Shown here piece after piece: positions 12,961 through 27,329 of a stretch of 64,000 nt of DNA (positions are counted from its first letter, which is position 1; each line of letters starts with the position of its first letter). Location of the stretch: positions 3,413,599 to 3,477,598 of the forward strand of contig NC_068981.1 in the NCBI RefSeq assembly GCF_001194135.2. The letters are read 5' to 3'. The DNA is from Octopus bimaculoides (Eukaryota). A program made the position numbers and the translations under genes. Below the pieces are notes generated by a model. The model searched no databases. It worked only from the letters and a program-made list of their open reading frames with translations, and was not told where the DNA came from.

Positions 12961-13828
12961 GATAGGTCAACTTTGCCTTTCATCCTTTCGGGGTCAATAA
13001 ATTAAGTACCAGTTACACACTGGGGTCAATGTATTTGACTAGTCTCCTCCCCACAAATTTCAGGCTTTGTGCCTTTACCAGAAGGGATTATTATTATCAT
13101 CATCATTATTATTATTATTCTCATTATTATTATTATTCTCATTATTATCTTATTATGCAGACAGAACTTAGAGGACAAAGGGCAGCATGAAGACAATTTT
13201 GTTTTTTTGAAGGTCCTCAGGATTGTTGGGAGGAAGGGAGAAGTTACCTTCAGACTAGAGATCTTGTCTCTATGCTTGCATATAGACTAGATCCCCAGTC
13301 TAGTCTGGGGCTACATTAAGCCTAACACCCAAGTACAGGAATGATCCCTTACCTGGGCTTCCACATAGTTTCCATCTACAAAATTTCACATAGGAGGTTT
13401 TGGTTAATCCAAAGCTACAGAAGAAGGCATTAGTCCCAAGTACTTTGCAGTGAAATTGAACTCGAGACCATGCAGTAGAGAGGCAAACTTCTTATCCACA
13501 CAGCTACCAAGGCACAGATGATTACAGAAGTATCTTCAATTTTTGATAATTAACCATTTTTAAAAATTACTCTTCACTCTTTTAATCTTTTACTTGTTTC
13601 AGTCATTAATGTGGCCAAGATGGAGCACTGCCTTGTAGGATTAGTCAATCGAATAGACCCCAGTACAGTTTTAAATCTGGTACTTATTCTATCAGTCTTA
13701 TAATACTAAACTGTTAAGTTACAGGAATGTAAATAAACCAACACTGGCAGGAAGTGATAAGAGAACAAAAATATACACACACACATGTATATATATGAGT
13801 CTGTGTGTGAATGTACACATACATATAT

Positions 13829-13881
<53 letters not shown>

Positions 13882-14343
13882 TACATACATACGCGCGCAC
13901 GCACACACTTCATTTGTAGTAAAAGTATAGTTTTTAGTATACTTCGGAGAATCCAATCAATGAAATTACTTCACAGGGAGAATATAAACAAAAAACAGTC
14001 AGGTTGTATAAGAGATGAATATATTTATTTAAACACCCCCTCATCCTTACCATGTGAAGTGGTTAAATAAATATATATTCATGTTTCATGCCACCTGACT
14101 TTAGTGGTTTATATATATATATAAATGGGTAACAAAGATGTACAGGTGTCAATTCATAACGGCCATTTCAAACGACTCCTTCAATTGATTAATGAAAACA
14201 TTGCATCATTTGAATGAAACCATTCTCATCAGATGACTGCCTAGACTTCAATCAGAGAGGATACAACCATTCCCTTACCATGTTCACATCAGTAATGGAA
14301 CTCAAATTATTTACATTGTTTTTTTGTCATATCTGTAACAGGA

Positions 14344-14378
<35 letters not shown>

Positions 14379-14383
<5 letters not shown>

Positions 14384-14569
14384 TTAAGTTTACCATTGGT
14401 TTCATGTCAAGAAAAGTAGGAAAATATCTGAGTATCTGAACATTTTGGAAAACACAAACTGTGTTTTCCAAAATGGAGGCAAACACCATTCTCCATGTGA
14501 TTGGCTAGAAAAATTGTTTAGACACTAGGATATTTTCTTAACATGAAACCAATGGTAGCATTAATTCAT
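14379..14569. mobile_element. MITE with 37-bp terminal inverted repeats and TA flanks
   Basis: atgaattaagtttaccattggtttcatgtcaagaaaa pairs with ttttcttaacatgaaaccaatggtagcattaattcat. There is an internal hairpin cattttggaaaacac/gtgttttccaaaatg. Confidence 0.65.
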
Positions 14570-14634
14570 AAATAAAGAAATTATATCCACCAATGCCATG
14601 TTGAGCACTCATTTTCATCGTTCAACACTTACAT

Positions 14635-14669
<35 letters not shown>

Positions 14670-14729
14670 CATATATATACAGAGAGAGAGAGAGAAAGAC
14701 ATATATATATATATATGGAATAAGATCAT

Positions 14730-14963
14730 CAATGTATTTTAAAGGCTCACAACAGCTGTTTCAGGAGCATTTTTTTTTCTATTAAGGAACAAATCAATTA
14801 CATTGATTGCAACAGATCAATAACATTGATTCCTAGCAAAGCAAATCGCTTGGAATCTTCTCCTACTTAACTTAAAACTCATCTGATTAAATTGAATTTT
14901 TCTCTTGAAAAGTCATCAATAAACAAAACAAATGCTACTGAAACAGCTGTTGTGAACTTTTAA
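14730..14963. repeat. Element with inverted termini of about 32 bp
   Basis: aaaggctcacaacagctgtttcaggagcattt pairs with aaatgctactgaaacagctgttgtgaactttt. Confidence 0.65.
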
Positions 14964-15265
14964 AATTTATTTTGTGTTCTTATTTTTATACAAACGCCAT
15001 ACCTGTTGGAACGATAGTTTGCATTGGATTGTGAATATATGTGTGTATATGTATATATATGTATGTGTGTGTGCATGTGTGTTCCTATATACATATATAT
15101 ATCATCATCATTTAAAGCCCGCTTGCTATGCTGGTATGGACTAGACAGTTTGATTGAGGACTGGTAAGCCAGGAGGCTGCACCAGGCTTCAATCTGATTT
15201 GGCAAGATTTCTACTACAGTTGGATGCCCTTCCTAATGCCAACTACTTTGAGAGTATAGTGAGTG

Positions 15266-15301
<36 letters not shown>

Positions 15302-15740
15302 NNNNNNNNNNNNNNNNNNNNNNNNNNNNNNNNNNNNNNNNNNNNNNNNNNNNNNNNNNNNNNNNNNNNNNNNNNNNNNNNNNNNNNNNNNNNNNNNNNN
15401 NNNNNNNNNNNNNNNNNNNNNNNNNNNNNNNNNNNNNNNNNNNNNNNNNNNNNNNNNNNNNNNNNNNNNNNNNNNNNNNNNNNNNNNNNNNNNNNNNNNN
15501 NNNNNNNNNNNNNNNNNNNNNNNNNNNNNNNNNNNNNNNNNNNNNNNNNNNNNNNNNNNNNNNNNNNNNNNNNNNNNNNNNNNNNNNNNNNNNNNNNNNN
15601 NNNNNNNNNNNNNNNNNNNNNNNNNNNNNNNNNNNNNNNNNNNNNNNNNNNNNNNNNNNNNNNNNNNNNNNNNNNNNNNNNNNNNNNNNNNNNNNNNNNN
15701 NNNNNNNNNNNNNNNNNNNNNNNNNNNNNNNNNNNNNNNN

Positions 15741-15793
<53 letters not shown>

Positions 15794-16526
15794 CAGACAA
15801 CTGATTAATAATATTATATACATAATATATATGTGCATGTATGTATGTATGTATGTATGTGATGAGCTATCTACATAGATCCCTTCTACCAAATTCACTT
15901 GCAAGGCATTGATCAACCTGGGGGCTATAGTAGAAGATACTTTCCCAAGGTACTGAGCAGTGGGACTGAACCTGAAGCTACATGTTTGTCTATAAACCCT
16001 TGTATCAATTACAGTTATATAACAGAACACATAAAACCAAGTGTTTTCTGCTCATCTATGAATATACCCACAATTCTTAACCAATGGTCTTACTCGTCTA
16101 ATTCGCAGTGTTACATGAGTGCAGTAAGAGCGGCTGCTAATTAATAACTACACAGGTCTGTTTCACATTACTTCTCATTGCAATTGTAATTACACCAATT
16201 AATGTTTAATGACCTTGGCAAAGGTATAAATATTGTGCAGCCTTCATTTCCATATTCTGCTGTAAATCTAAGGTTTCTCTACATACGCCAGAAATTACTT
16301 TTAACAAAGTTGGTGGAAAGAAGTGAAGAGAAAGAAAAAAAAAACGACGCTGAGAGATAATCTCCAGGGCTACAACAACCATTTTATATTCCACTCAAGG
16401 TTTTACCAAACAACTCTGTAAAAGAGTTTTCTTTTATGTGAAAGATAAAGCTTATCTTAAGTTTATTTTAACTATACAAACTAGACATTAAATGGCAGAT
16501 GTCACTCTTCGTCTTTCTTATTTACA

Positions 16527-16560
<34 letters not shown>

Positions 16561-16605
16561 TTTTTTGTCTCTCTCACTCTTTGTCTCTCTCTGATTTTTT
16601 GTTAC

Positions 16606-16696
16606 CTTTATTTGGTTATATAGCAAATGTACTAAACAATAAGTGTTGCTGGTTACAACATTTCCAGTGAGCCAATCACACTGGTTCACTGCATTT
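16606..16696 (-). CDS. Candidate exon D (RNAVNQCDWLTGNVVTSNTYCLVHLLYNQIK)
   Basis: Acceptor cccttattactcttgctatcAG, donor AAG|gtaaca, 91 nt, one open frame (phase 2 to 0) that matches the end of exon C. Confidence 0.45.
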
Positions 16697-19190
16697 CTGA
16701 TAGCAAGAGTAATAAGGGACTGTCTGTGTAACTCAGGTGGAATAAATAAATCCCATGAGGTATTTTTCGTGTATCATTTAATTTTTGCTGATAAACACAC
16801 ACACAATTTCATACATATATATACACATAATCACAAAAGCCCCAAAGTTAATATTTTGAATGTGTTTAATAAGCACATTTCAAGTAGTTATGTAAGATAA
16901 CTAATGCAATATTAATTTCTTCAGTTGACAATTCAAAATACAAACGCAAACAAAGGATTCGCTCTCACTCTTTCTCCATACATATATATATATATATGGA
17001 GAGGGAGAAATTTAGCTGCTATTTCTACTAGGTTGAGTGACCATTATAATGCTTCCTCCATTCCCTCAATCATTTTTCTTTCTTTAAATAGCTGTAGCCT
17101 AGTAGTTATAACATTGGCCTAATGACCATAAAGTTGGGGTTTCAATTCCTGGACCAGGCAATACATCACTGATCCTTGAGCATGGCACTTCATTTCATAT
17201 TCCTTTAGTTTGAAAATGTTGAAAATGATTACCAATCAATTGTTTGACTGAGACCTTTGGCACTATGTCGTGCTTGAGAAGAAGACCCATCAAGCTGAGC
17301 AAAATTGCAGTCGTGGCAGATACTGGGGTCACACAAATGGCACCTGTGTCAGTGGCATGTAAAAGCACCCATTACACTCTCAGAGTGGTTGGCATTAGGA
17401 AGGGCATCCAGCCATAGAAAACCATGCCAAATCAGACTGAAATCTGGTGCAGCCTTCCAGTTTGCCAGCCCTGGCCAAACCGTCCAACAGACATTAAATG
17501 CTGACGATGATATGATGGGCTTCTGCACAGTATCCATCTAGTAAGTTTTACTCACAGGGCACTGGTTTAGCCGAAGCTATAGTATAAGATGCTTGCTCTA
17601 TAGAGCAGGGATTCTTTATTCTTTTACATGTTTCAGTCATTTGATTGTGACCATGCTGGAGCACCACCTTTAGTCCAGCAAATCGACCCCAGAGCTTACT
17701 CTTTGTAAGCCTAGTATTTATTCTATCAGTCTCTTTTGCCGAACTGCTAAGTTACGGGAACGTAAACACACCAGCATCGGTTGTCAAGTGATGATGGTGA
17801 GGGACAGACACACAAATGCATAAATATATATATAAACATGCTGAGGGCTGCATGCATCCTGTAGGTCACAGGTTGCCCATGCATGCTATAGAGGAACCAA
17901 TTGGATTGAACCTGGATCCATGTGGTTGAGAAGTGAAAACCTTGATGCCACAAGCTTGCCTGCTCTACCCATGTTGCTAGTATGGACATTTTATAGCTCT
18001 GTACTACAATTCAAGACCCTAAACAAACTGACTCAGTCGCATGTCCCATATTTTTATTATTCGTTTTAGGCGTCTCTGTGGTTGCAAGTACACACAGACA
18101 CGTTCTTGGCCTTCCTACCCTTAGCCCAGCGAAACATCAAAGCTGGGACATCTAGAAGGGGGAGGGGAAAAGTTGCACCGGAAATCGAATGGCAATCGTT
18201 TTCAACAGAGTAAACTGAAGGAACATGAAATGAAGTGCTCAAGGATCAATGATGTATTGCTTGGCCCAGGAACTGAAACCTCAACCTTGTGATTATGAGG
18301 TCAATGCCATAACCACTCGGCCACAGCTATTTAAAGAAAGAAAAATGAATGAGTGAATAGAGAAAGCATTATAATGGTCGTTTAACCTGGTAGAAATAGC
18401 AGCTAAATGTCTTTCAAAGCACACACCTTACCGTCTTAAAAGAAATAAATAGATTTAAATGAAATAGTCATGGTTGGAACCCCCAGTAAGCCTGTGGTAA
18501 TAATAATATCACAGGAGATTTGACATGTGATTGGCAAGATAACACAGAAGATAATCTCTGACTGTATAAAATGGATTTCAACCAATAAAGAAGACATTAC
18601 TATCTTTGGTATTAGGGTGGAGCATAAACACACATAACATCAACTACATGCATATAAACGCATACATATAAACACACACACACACACACAAACACCAACC
18701 AACTACTCATACGTAAATGTATGCATAAACACACACAGTCACGGCAACAAACAGTGCTTAGCAACCAGCATATAAACACAAGAAGGAATAAGTTAATATG
18801 TAGTTGTAATAAAGAATCTGAGAATCCAACTGAAATGACCACAGAATCATCATCATCATCATTTAATGGCCATCATCCATGCTGGCATGGGTCGGATGGA
18901 TTACGCCAGGCTCCATTGTCTGCTTTAGCATAGTTCTTATGGCTGGATGTCCTTTCTAATGCAAACCACTCCACAGAGTGGACTTGGGTGATTCTATGTG
19001 GCACCAGCAAGGTCACCAAGTAACCTGCAAGACAAAAATCCCTTAAGAGGGTGGTGGTGGTGGTGGTGGTGGTGGTAGTGATGGAGGTAGTTTTAGGTCA
19101 GGTGATGAGAGGTTAGAGCATGAGAGAGGGGCAGAAACAGGTTTCTTCCTGTAAAGGAGATACATGGTTACCCCAGTTGGAGGGAGTGTG

Positions 19191-19224
<34 letters not shown>

Positions 19225-20324
19225 GGGGGAGAGAGAGCATGTGTGGTGAAAATATTCTTAGAAACCAGGATCAACACCAGATTATTGCCTAGCTTTGGGC
19301 TCTCACCACTTTGATGGGATCACATGGGCACAGTTGTGACATAGAGTGTGTCTTAAGGATTTTTAGACTTGGGAGAACCCATCCTGCTTCAGGTCTGATC
19401 ACAGCTGATTTCTTTCAGAAGAGAGAAAGTCAGACAGACAGAAAGGAAACACGAGACGAAAGGAAGAATCAAACCTCTTCCCAGTGCATGACTGGTACTT
19501 TATCAGCCATGAAAGGATGAAAAACAATGTTGCCTCAGCAGGATTTGAACACAGAACATAGAGAGCCAGGACAATTACTGCAAAGCAATCAGGTGCTCTA
19601 AAAACTATGCCAATTGTCCATCTCGTATACCAAATCATAGTACATCAGTCTTAAAAAAAAAAAAACAGGCCCAACCTGACACAGCAGACAGCCATAAATA
19701 TATTGGTTTTATGGTGTCAAAGAGACAACAGGTTAAGGACATTATATGTGTTAGACCTAACAACATGAGTAGCCTTTGACTAAACAATTTAAACGGTTGG
19801 CTGAAGTATCATCATCATCATATACAGGGTATCACCATTTATTGTCCATTTTCTATGCTGGCATGGGTTGGGATGGTTTGTTTGTTTTGCCATGGTTTCC
19901 ATAGGCAAAACAGCTCCTATGTGGATATTCAGCTGATGTGCAGAGACACAGCTGGAGTAAAACCAGACACAGTATTTATGGCAATGTAGATTAATGTTGT
20001 CTAGTGACAAAGATATTTTCTTTCATGTTTTATATTGTCAGCTGTATATCATATGTCATATGTCAGAAACAGGATAAAGGACAGCAGTGACATTTGAGGA
20101 TATGGAGTAAAATATGTTAAGTGGAGTTTATTAGACATGAAAATGTGATATTTTAGTATTTACAACTGATTGCTCTGGAATAAACAATATATGTTAAGTA
20201 ATGCAATGTCTCAGGTTCAGTTCCATTTGATGGCCCCTCGGATAAGTTTCTTCCAATGAACACCTGGGTCACAAAGCCACGTGAGTGAGCTAAGTAGATA
20301 AAAATTCTGAAAGAAGCATATTGT

Positions 20325-20366
<42 letters not shown>

Positions 20367-21173
20367 NNNNNNNNNNNNNNNNNNNNNNNNNNNNNNNNNN
20401 NNNNNNNNNNNNNNNNNNNNNNNNNNNNNNNNNNNNNNNNNNNNNNNNNNNNNNNNNNNNNNNNNNNNNNNNNNNNNNNNNNNNNNNNNNNNNNNNNNNN
20501 NNNNNNNNNNNNNNNNNNNNNNNNNNNNNNNNNNNNNNNNNNNNNNNNNNNNNNNNNNNNNNNNNNNNNNNNNNNNNNNNNNNNNNNNNNNNNNNNNNNN
20601 NNNNNNNNNNNNNNNNNNNNNNNNNNNNNNNNNNNNNNNNNNNNNNNNNNNNNNNNNNNNNNNNNNNNNNNNNNNNNNNNNNNNNGGCACATAAAAGACA
20701 CCATTTCGAGCGTGGCCGTTTTCGTGCGGGTGACACGTAAAAGCACCCACTACACTCTCTGAGTGGTTGGCGTTAGGAAGGGCATCCAGCTGTAGAAACT
20801 CTGCCAAATCAGACTGGAGCCTGGTGTTGCCATCCAGTTTCACCAGTCCTCAGTCAAATCGTTCAACCCATGCTAGCATGGAAAGCGGACGTTAAACGAT
20901 GATGATGATGATGATGACACACACACATCATCATCATCATCGATTAACATCTGTTTTCTATGCTGGCATGGGTTGGATGGCTTGACAGGAGCTGGCAAAC
21001 TAGCTGGCAAACTAGGAAGCTGCACCAGGCCCCAATTGTCTGTTTTGGCATGGTTTCTACAAATTTACCTCAATGAATTCTGTGTGACCCATCCAAGCAA
21101 TGAAGAGTGGAAGTTAAAACAATGATGATGATGGTGATGATAGTGAAGATGCTGATGCTGGTAGTGACCATGA

Positions 21174-21207
<34 letters not shown>

Positions 21208-23220
21208 GATGTTACCAACTTGCAGTAAAACGCTGTTGAGAATGAAATAGATTCAAGTAAGACGTGTGAGGAATCGTTTTTGAAAAGACTTTAAAATGGT
21301 GAGATTCACAAATGAAGCAATGTAGATTCGGAATAAATGGGAAAAAGAAGCATTCTACGCAGAAAACATGGAAAGGAAGAAATAAGAGGATAATGGGGAA
21401 AACGATAAACCAGCACGGACAATCTGCCATTAGACTAAAAATGAGATCATTTATGGGAAAATAGAGCAAAATAAAGCTCTGAAGTATCAGTGGAACTTAT
21501 TGGTGAGTTTCTAGTTGTTTTATCAACTGGACTTTTTTCCCCCTAGTACAAGATGCAGCAGAAAAACCTCCCATATTTTACATGGCAATTGGTATGGCAC
21601 CAATGAAGTTAGACAAATGCTAAGAACGTCTTCATGTAGCTAATGCTTTACTGTCTTAGGAATTGAAACCAGAATCTTACAGTCACGAGTCCTACATCCT
21701 AACCACTAAGCCACATGTTTCCATAACTGACTGATATGGATGGATCCTTAAATTACAGGTAAAATCTACCCAAAAGGCTTCCACATAGTTTCCATTCATC
21801 CAATTTCAGTTGAAAGGCTTGGGTTAACCCAAGGCAATTGTAAAAGACACTCGCTTGAGATGCCACAGAGTAGAATTGAACCCAGGCTCTTGTGGATTGC
21901 AAAGCAAACTTGCTAACTGTTCAGCCACGGTCCTAACACCAAACAGCTTGAAGAACAACAAAAAGAGAAATATTTGTCAATATTGAAAAGAAAGAGAAAT
22001 AAATGGGCTGCTGCTGCTGCTGTCAGGTGGATGTGGCAGAAGTGTGAAAGGTGGAGGGGAGGGGGAAGACAGGTTATGCATGGAGCAAGGTTAATGTTTG
22101 GAAATGAATAAGTCAAATATGGTTTATTGAGACATAAACACACCTGCGCACACACACATACATACACACACATATATATATATACACATGCATGCATATA
22201 TATATATATATATATACATACATACATTGACATATATACATACACACACATATATATACATATATAATATAAATATATATACACATTCACCTTACATATA
22301 CATACACGTGTATATATACATATATATACACACACATATAAATATATACTTATGTAGATTCTCCCCCTCCCCATACACACACACAGTGTCATGCTGACTT
22401 ACAAAGACAGATGTCTTGGAGGGAGGGAAGAGGGAAAGAAATGACAATCGTAAAATGGAGTTATTGGCTGAAGAATAATAATATAAATCTCTAAGAATTA
22501 GAGAGACAGGATATATTGGTAAAGACAAGGTTACAACAACAACAACGACAACAACATCACACTGTGCAGTGATGTAGAGGGACTTGGCCAGAGAATAACA
22601 TTACAATAATAGAGAAAACTGGAAGCATACCAATGCTAGAAATAGCAGCCAAATCTCCCTTCTATCATACCTTGCTATCTTAAAAAAGAGAAGGATAATG
22701 TAATGTGAAGGTCATGGCAAGCTTGGAGCTCATGTCTGCTCAAACAGGATTGGCTTAGGACCAAATAATAACAACGACCAGAAGGATTGTCACCCAACAC
22801 ACACAGCTATCTCCTATGATGTAGCATTATTGGCAAGATGGCCCCAAGGTCGACTTTGCCTTTCTTCTTTTCAGGATCGGTAAATTAAGTACCAGTTGCG
22901 TACTGGAGTCGATCTAATCGACTGGCCCTTCCCCCAAAAATTTCGGGCCTTGTGCCTAAAGTAGAAAAGATTATTGGCAAGATGGCAGAACTGGTAGCAC
23001 ACCAGACGGAATATCGCTTAGCATTTCATCCCGTCTTTATGTTCTGAGTTCAAATTCCACCAAGGTCAACTTCACCTTTCATCCTTTTGAGGTTGATGAA
23101 GTAAGGACCAGCTGATTACTGGTATCGATGTAATTTCCTAGCAGCCCCATCCCACCTCTCCCAAAATTTGAAGACTTGTGCCTATAGCAGAATGGATTAT
23201 TATTACTGCAACTCTAAAAT

Positions 23221-23223
<3 letters not shown>

Positions 23224-23258
<35 letters not shown>

Positions 23259-23946
23259 TATTATTATTATTATTATTATTATCATTATTATTATTATTAT
23301 TGAGCGAGTGAGAGAGCAGTGTGTGCTATCAAAGTGACACTGGGATGAAATATACGAAGCCCATTATACCCATCATGACTACCCATCTGATAAGGGTACA
23401 CCAGGCACATGCATCACAACCATATGTGTGCAACATAGTGGTCTCATATCAAGATAAACAGCGCATGACCTCGCAGGTGGGACCCGGTTAGAATTTTCAT
23501 CAGGTTGAGTAGCCCACCTCACTCAAATGGTCCCTGAATAAGAGTTGTTTAAGGATGTTGAACAAAACACCCATGTTTCCAAAGGTGAATTATTCAAACC
23601 CCAAAGAATTCCTCTCAACACATGGCTATGATGCTTCCCCACTACTTCTGCTTGTGATCAGAGATGCACCAAGGGACATGCTCAACTGGTTATGGCCAAG
23701 CAACTGAGAAGCAAATCTGCGGCATTGAGCAGAATATTTGCTGCAGCCCATCTTTTTATACCAAGACAAAACAATGTACATGACAACACTCCCAGTCAGT
23801 TAAGATCAGAAGCCATGAGAGCCACTGCCTGGCACTGCATCAGGGCATCCATTTATTGTGGCTAATAAAACAATAATAATAATAATAATTATAATTATAA
23901 TTATAATTATTATTATTATTATTACTATTACTACTACTACTACTAT

Positions 23947-23996
<50 letters not shown>

Positions 23997-24020
23997 TTAT
24001 TATTATTATTATTATTATTA
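23224..24020. repeat. (ATT)n, (ATA)n and (ACT)n microsatellites flanking a dispersed repeat
   Basis: Runs at 23224-23302 and 23871-24020. Confidence 0.9.
23306..23848 (-). mobile_element. Dispersed repeat with (AAT)n tail, probably a non-LTR 3' end
   Basis: Closely matches 12491-12960 over about 460 bp. Both copies abut (ATT)n runs. Confidence 0.7.
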
Positions 24021-24624
24021 TGTCTGTTTTGAGGTTCTTTATGGGTAATTATCACCATTACAGTTATTTGTTAAAAGCTATGGAAACATAACCCAAATAA
24101 GCAGTATATTCGACAAGAGAAACTTCCTAAAACACTGCAAACTACCACACCTAATAAAAAACTATCCAACTATTGACCTGCTGAGTTCACTGATCATCAT
24201 CATCATCATCGTTTAACATCCGTTTTCCCTGCTGGCATGGGTTGGATGGTTTGACCGAGGGCTTGCAAGCCAGAAGGCTGCACCAGGCTCCAATCTGAGC
24301 TGGCAGAGTTTCTACAGCTGGATGCCCTTCCTAATGCCAACCACTCTGAGAGTGTAGTGGGTGCTTTTACATGCCAGCAGCACGAGGGCCAGTCAGGCAG
24401 TCCTGGCATCAGCCACGCTGAAATGGTGCTTTTTACATGCCACCGTCACGGGAGCCCATCTGGCAGCACTGGCAACGATCAAGCTTGAGTGGTGCTTCTA
24501 ACGACCAGCCAATCTGGTGGTACTGTCATTGGCCAGGGGTAGATGACAGACATAAATGCACCTGTGTCCACTGAGTGTGAGTTCAGCTTATGTGAACTCC
24601 AACCTATCAATAGGCCAACCACCA

Positions 24625-24786
24625 GCTTATTCTGTCGTGTCTGGGGAGAGTCATTCTCTTTTAGTGCCTTATTATTTAACACACTCACCGGTAAAGTTTC
24701 CATGTGAGTGGAAACTTTACCAGTGAGTGTGTTAAATAATAAGGCATTAAAACGGAATGACCCTCTCCAGACACAACAGAATATGC
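24625..24786. repeat. Long palindrome (arms of about 78 bp, 6-nt loop)
   Basis: ...ttattatttaacacactcaccggtaaagtttcca tgtgag tggaaactttaccagtgagtgtgttaaataataa... Confidence 0.8.
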
Positions 24787-24899
24787 TTCAACATATGAAC
24801 TCACATAAAGGATCTTGCAAATCAAATCCAAAAACATCAGCTCATTAATAGCCTACAACTAATTTTGTTGCAGATATAACTGGTATTCTGTTGATTATG

Positions 24900-25300
24900 A
24901 CAATGAGTGTTCCAGTTGATCCAATCAACAGAACAGCCTGCTCATGAAATTAACGAGCAAGTGGTTGAGCACTCCACAGACAGGCATACCTTTAACCTTT
25001 AGCAAACTGTAGGTGCATCATGTCACTATGAGTTTTCTCCCCTTGTAGTAACAGGTCAGTGACAGGAGAAACAATTCTAGAGAAAATACAATGTGCTAAA
25101 GGTTAATGTAATTCTCAGTAATATATTCAGCATGGCACAGAATGTGACAAGGCTGGCCCCCTTTGAATTACAGGTACAACTCACTTTAACCAGCTGAGTG
25201 GAGTGGAGCAACGTGAAATAAAGTGTCTTGCTCAAGGACACAACATACCGCCAGGTATTGAACTCACGACCTTGCAATCGTAAGCCGAATGCCCTAACCA
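24900..25300 (-). mobile_element. tRNA-derived SINE family S4 (representative copy)
   Basis: Minus strand: tggttagggcattcggcttacgattgcaaggtcgtgagttcaatacc...gtccttgagcaagacactttatttcacgttgctcc. Other copies: 60-318(-), 408-600(+), 745-900(+), 17085-17220(+), 18205-18330(-), 21590-21725(-), 47512-47810(-). Confidence 0.7.
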
Positions 25301-25514
25301 TCAAATCAATAAGACATGATAAACAACATTTATAGACCCCCCAACATCACCCACTGAAACCCAGTAAAGGGGTTTGCAGTTTGACGTTTCACACATGATC
25401 CATACCACATCCTTTCATAGTTTCCCCCTCTTTCTTCCTGTTATCAGTGACCCCNNNNNNNNNNNNNNNNNNNNNNNNNNNNNNNCACAAAATTCTACAC
25501 AAGGTGTAACTCAC

Positions 25515-25582
25515 CTTTTAAATATAAACAAGTTCTTTGAAACATTTGACATTCTTTTCCAAACAAATCTCTTCAAATTATT
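25515..25582 (-). CDS. Candidate exon C (NNLKRFVWKRMSNVSKNLFIFK)
   Basis: Acceptor ctgtttctccttttAG, donor AAG|gtgagt, 68 nt, one open frame (phase 0 to 2). Confidence 0.55.
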
Positions 25583-27301
25583 CTAAAAGGAGAAACAGCT
25601 TTTAAATGCTCTTTTAAATGCAAGTGTTTAGAGACTCTGTGGCACCTTACAGAAATTGGCAGATTTTCTGAGCAAAAGATGTTACATTAACCAGCAGAAG
25701 GAGGACTAGCAGAACATGTAAACTTTTTCCCAACTGCTCCCACTTCCATAACTGCTGTAAATAAATGCTAGTTATCATCTCTAAACTACAGCTGGCTGCT
25801 GATGCAGATGGATAAACAGATACCTTCAGCCTATCAATAACTGCAGGCTGGTTTGTTTAATAAAAGAAGCAACAACAATTATGTCATCATCAACATGAAC
25901 AACATCGAAATAAAACTGATCTTGTGATTTTAAACCGTTGCTTACTTAACTAAGATATAATAACAAGAAACATCTTTAATCGGTGCCTTTAAGTTTGGAT
26001 GTCAGGTAAGGTAGAGAAAGAGGGAAGGAGCAGTCGGTTCCATATAACAGAAAACAGTAAAGAACTGATTTAACACATTTGTTACTATCATCATCGTCAT
26101 CATCGTTTAACATCTTTTTTTCCATGCTGGCATGAGTTGAACAGTTTGACAGGAGCTGGTAAGGCCCAGAACCGCACCATGCCTCATAGCTTGTTTTGGC
26201 ATGGTTTGTATGGCTGGATGCTCTTCCTAATGCCAACCATTTTACAGAGTCTACTGGGTGCTTTTTACATGGCACCAGCACTAATGTTTTTTACATGGAA
26301 CCATCACTGGTGCTTTTTATGTGGCACCAGCATTGATGTTTTTTAAGTGGAATCAACAACAGTGCTTCTTATGTGGCACCAGCACTGGTAATTTTTTTCT
26401 ATGTGGCACCCGCACCGACAGGATTGACTTTGCATCAGTTAATTTTGGAAATTATGAAGAATTTAGTAAAACAAGTTATTTTGATGGAATGTTTTAATAT
26501 AGGTCGCATTAAAACAGGGTGTTTGGATTATTGGACCCAGTCTGAAGCAGATTAGTATCAAAAGGATAAACATTTTAAACTCTTTTGATACCAACTTGCT
26601 CAAGACAGCTCCTGCTTCTGCAAGACAAACTTTGTGTTTCAAAATTACATCAAAAACCTTCCATCACAATTTCAGGTTCCAAATGCCAGCTTAATAATGA
26701 CAAAGCTATTTCACTAAATTCTTCATTATTTTAAGAATTAATTGAAACAAAAGTAATGTATTTCAATAGAAATATGGCAAGAAAAGGGTTAAAGACAAAT
26801 TTAATTTGTTTATATCAAAAGAATCCCGCTTCTGTTTCGTAAGCACCGAAACAGCCAGCAAAACATCTTTAATATATCAAACCAAACAGACAGCCTATCT
26901 CCAGAAATCAAATTTGTTATTTCAAATATATTTTCATCTATTCTTTAACATTCTTATATTTACAAAGTTTATGGCTAATCTCTTTCAAATGTCAAGCACT
27001 TTCAAGATTTTATAAAGTGCTGCCGTTACATGCTGTAAGCCAAGGACTTTGTCTTTGAGGCGGCATAAATGCTCTTTGCTAGTTTTCCTTTTTTTGTTTT
27101 CAGAAGCTATTATTGATCTGCTTTGATCCTGATAAGCATACTTTTCATGTCCTAACTTATATCCATTCTAACTCTGAAAAATGGTTCTATCCAAATATTG
27201 ATTTTCTTTCTGTTATTTTCTTTCTTTTTTTTCCCCCCTCCCCATATTGGTAGAATATTGTAAAGAAGGAATATGGCTGAACAGCTGAATATAAGATTAA
27301 C

Positions 27302-27329
27302 CGCTTTTCTGCCATTTAGTTTATCAACC
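27302..27329 (-). CDS. Candidate exon B (RVDKLNGRKA)
   Basis: Very strong acceptor (T-run followed by atttctttatttctgcAG). Only the phase-2 frame is open, matching the end of exon A. Donor GCG|gttaat is weak. Confidence 0.35.

Noticed and set aside
14203-14237. Minus-strand CTGATGA GAATG gttt CATTC AAA hammerhead-like motif
   Set aside because: G12 is missing and stems I and III cannot be drawn. It may be a decayed sixth family but is not supportable.
16218-16302. Minus-strand frame ISGVCRETLDLQQNMEMKAAQYLYLCQ after a long pyrimidine tract
   Set aside because: The phase-1 start is incompatible with exon D and the donor (gtcatt) is weak.
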